Part shown: positions 63,340 to 64,000 of the stretch, piece by piece | Layout: the number at the start of each line of letters is the position of its first letter | Numbering within the stretch: the stretch's first letter is position 1 | NCBI GenBank assembly: GCA_025354795.1 | Contig: JANXMF010000075.1 | Location: 3,161 to 67,160 of the forward strand | Direction of reading: 5' to 3' | Length of the DNA stretch: 64,000 bases | DNA from: Pseudobdellovibrionaceae bacterium | Lineage (GTDB): Bacteria; Bdellovibrionota; Bdellovibrionia; Bdellovibrionales; UBA1609 | Program-made: the position numbers and the translations under genes | The notes under the pieces: model-generated | The model's database searches: none | What the model saw: only the letters and a program-made list of their open reading frames with translations | What the model was told of the DNA's origin: nothing

Positions 63340-64000
63340 CTTTACCTCAGGTTACAGGAAGCGGACGTCAGGAACAAGGTCGCAATGGAACAGGGCTTAA
63401 GACCAGGCTTGTGGTCCTCCGCCAAGCGTTCGCGGCTAAGCGCATTTTTAGCAGCGCGAGGTTAAAGCCAGATGAAATGCGGCTGAACTGTGGCTCATCT
63501 CATTTTGAGACGGTTACTGTTTTCGCCGGCGTTGGCATTTTTGCTCTCTACATTCGACCATGGTGAAGGAAACGATCTTTTCACCACGGATTGGCAAACA
63601 AGGCTTGAGCCATTTTTATGGACTTTTCCCCATGTATGGAATCTCGACACCCTTATGCGCAATTTGTCGCATTTTGGCCCATATTGCGGAAATGATCTCA
63701 ACGGATCTGGCGAGCAATGCATCCCATTCTGAGCTATTTTGATTGGCGCAGGCTTTGAAATAATCAAGTGCATAGATGCGAAGGAGTTCTGTTTTGCGCT
63801 TAATTTGGGTTTGTATGTTAACAATATTATTGATGCCGACTCCAGGGCATTCCCACGAGTTAGCTGACGGCGGTGGCGGTCGCCCTCGGCCCGCAGATCC
63901 GGCGAGGGGACTAGTCCCAGTATCGGCCTCAGAACTTAGCGGTCGCGCACCTATCATTCCTCTCATTAAAAAGTACTTCGACAAGTGCGTGGAGAAAGCC

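Noticed and set aside
63400-63480. I considered a sigma54-type promoter (TGGC…TCGC) upstream of gspE on the minus strand.
   Set aside because: The GG-to-GC spacing is one nucleotide off the canonical -24/-12 arrangement and the flanking consensus is weak. The evidence is not sufficient.
63495-63984. I considered the ORFs at 63616-63984 (minus strand, 122 aa) and 63495-63824 (minus strand, 109 aa) as candidate gspC or gspD genes, or a novel gene.
   Set aside because: They overlap each other. Their N-terminal halves are composition-driven (Gly/Pro/Arg-rich). Neither has a TM helix or signal peptide, or a secretin or GspC motif. I left them unannotated and flagged the region as a finding instead.

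Overview
This 64-kb window comes from a Gram-negative bacterium with moderate GC content. The gene content and protein sequences look like Bdellovibrionota or another 'delta-proteobacterial' lineage, but that is an inference I cannot verify without a database search. Most of the window is tightly packed core genome. It contains a heme operon (hemN-hemY-hemH plus a 2OG-oxygenase-like gene), tatA, the rimP-nusA-infB-rbfA-truB-rpsO-pnp block, an M16 peptidase, dut, mutL-miaA, yicC-gmk-rpoZ-relA/spoT, ssb, and a type II secretion operon on the minus strand running gspE-F-G-H-I-J-K-L-M-N with no adjacent gspC or gspD. Accessory-looking stretches lie between these blocks. (1) At 4.8-9.4 kb there is a secreted metalloprotease followed by three coupled secreted proteins, one of them a Pro/Gly/Tyr low-complexity protein carrying a perfect 12-bp x6 tandem repeat. 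(2) At 12-23 kb there is a region rich in second-messenger genes: a cNMP-binding EAL phosphodiesterase, a five-gene operon of ABC importer, M14-like enzyme and B12-radical-SAM enzyme, and a three-gene module (PilZ fused to a FeeM-like acyltransferase, a heme-oxygenase-like di-iron enzyme, and a GAF class III adenylate cyclase). That module is bracketed by copies of a roughly 45-bp repeat that forms a 113-bp MITE-like palindromic element at one end. (3) At 26.6-27.4 kb there is a tRNA-Leu(CAA) gene split in its anticodon loop by a 254-nt group I (IC3-like) intron. It is flanked by an intron-less 5' tRNA-Leu fragment and a truncated PIN-toxin remnant. I rate this locus the most interesting in the window. 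I found no CRISPR array, integrase, transposase or rRNA. All functional calls rest on motifs read by eye from the supplied translations and sequence. No database search was run.
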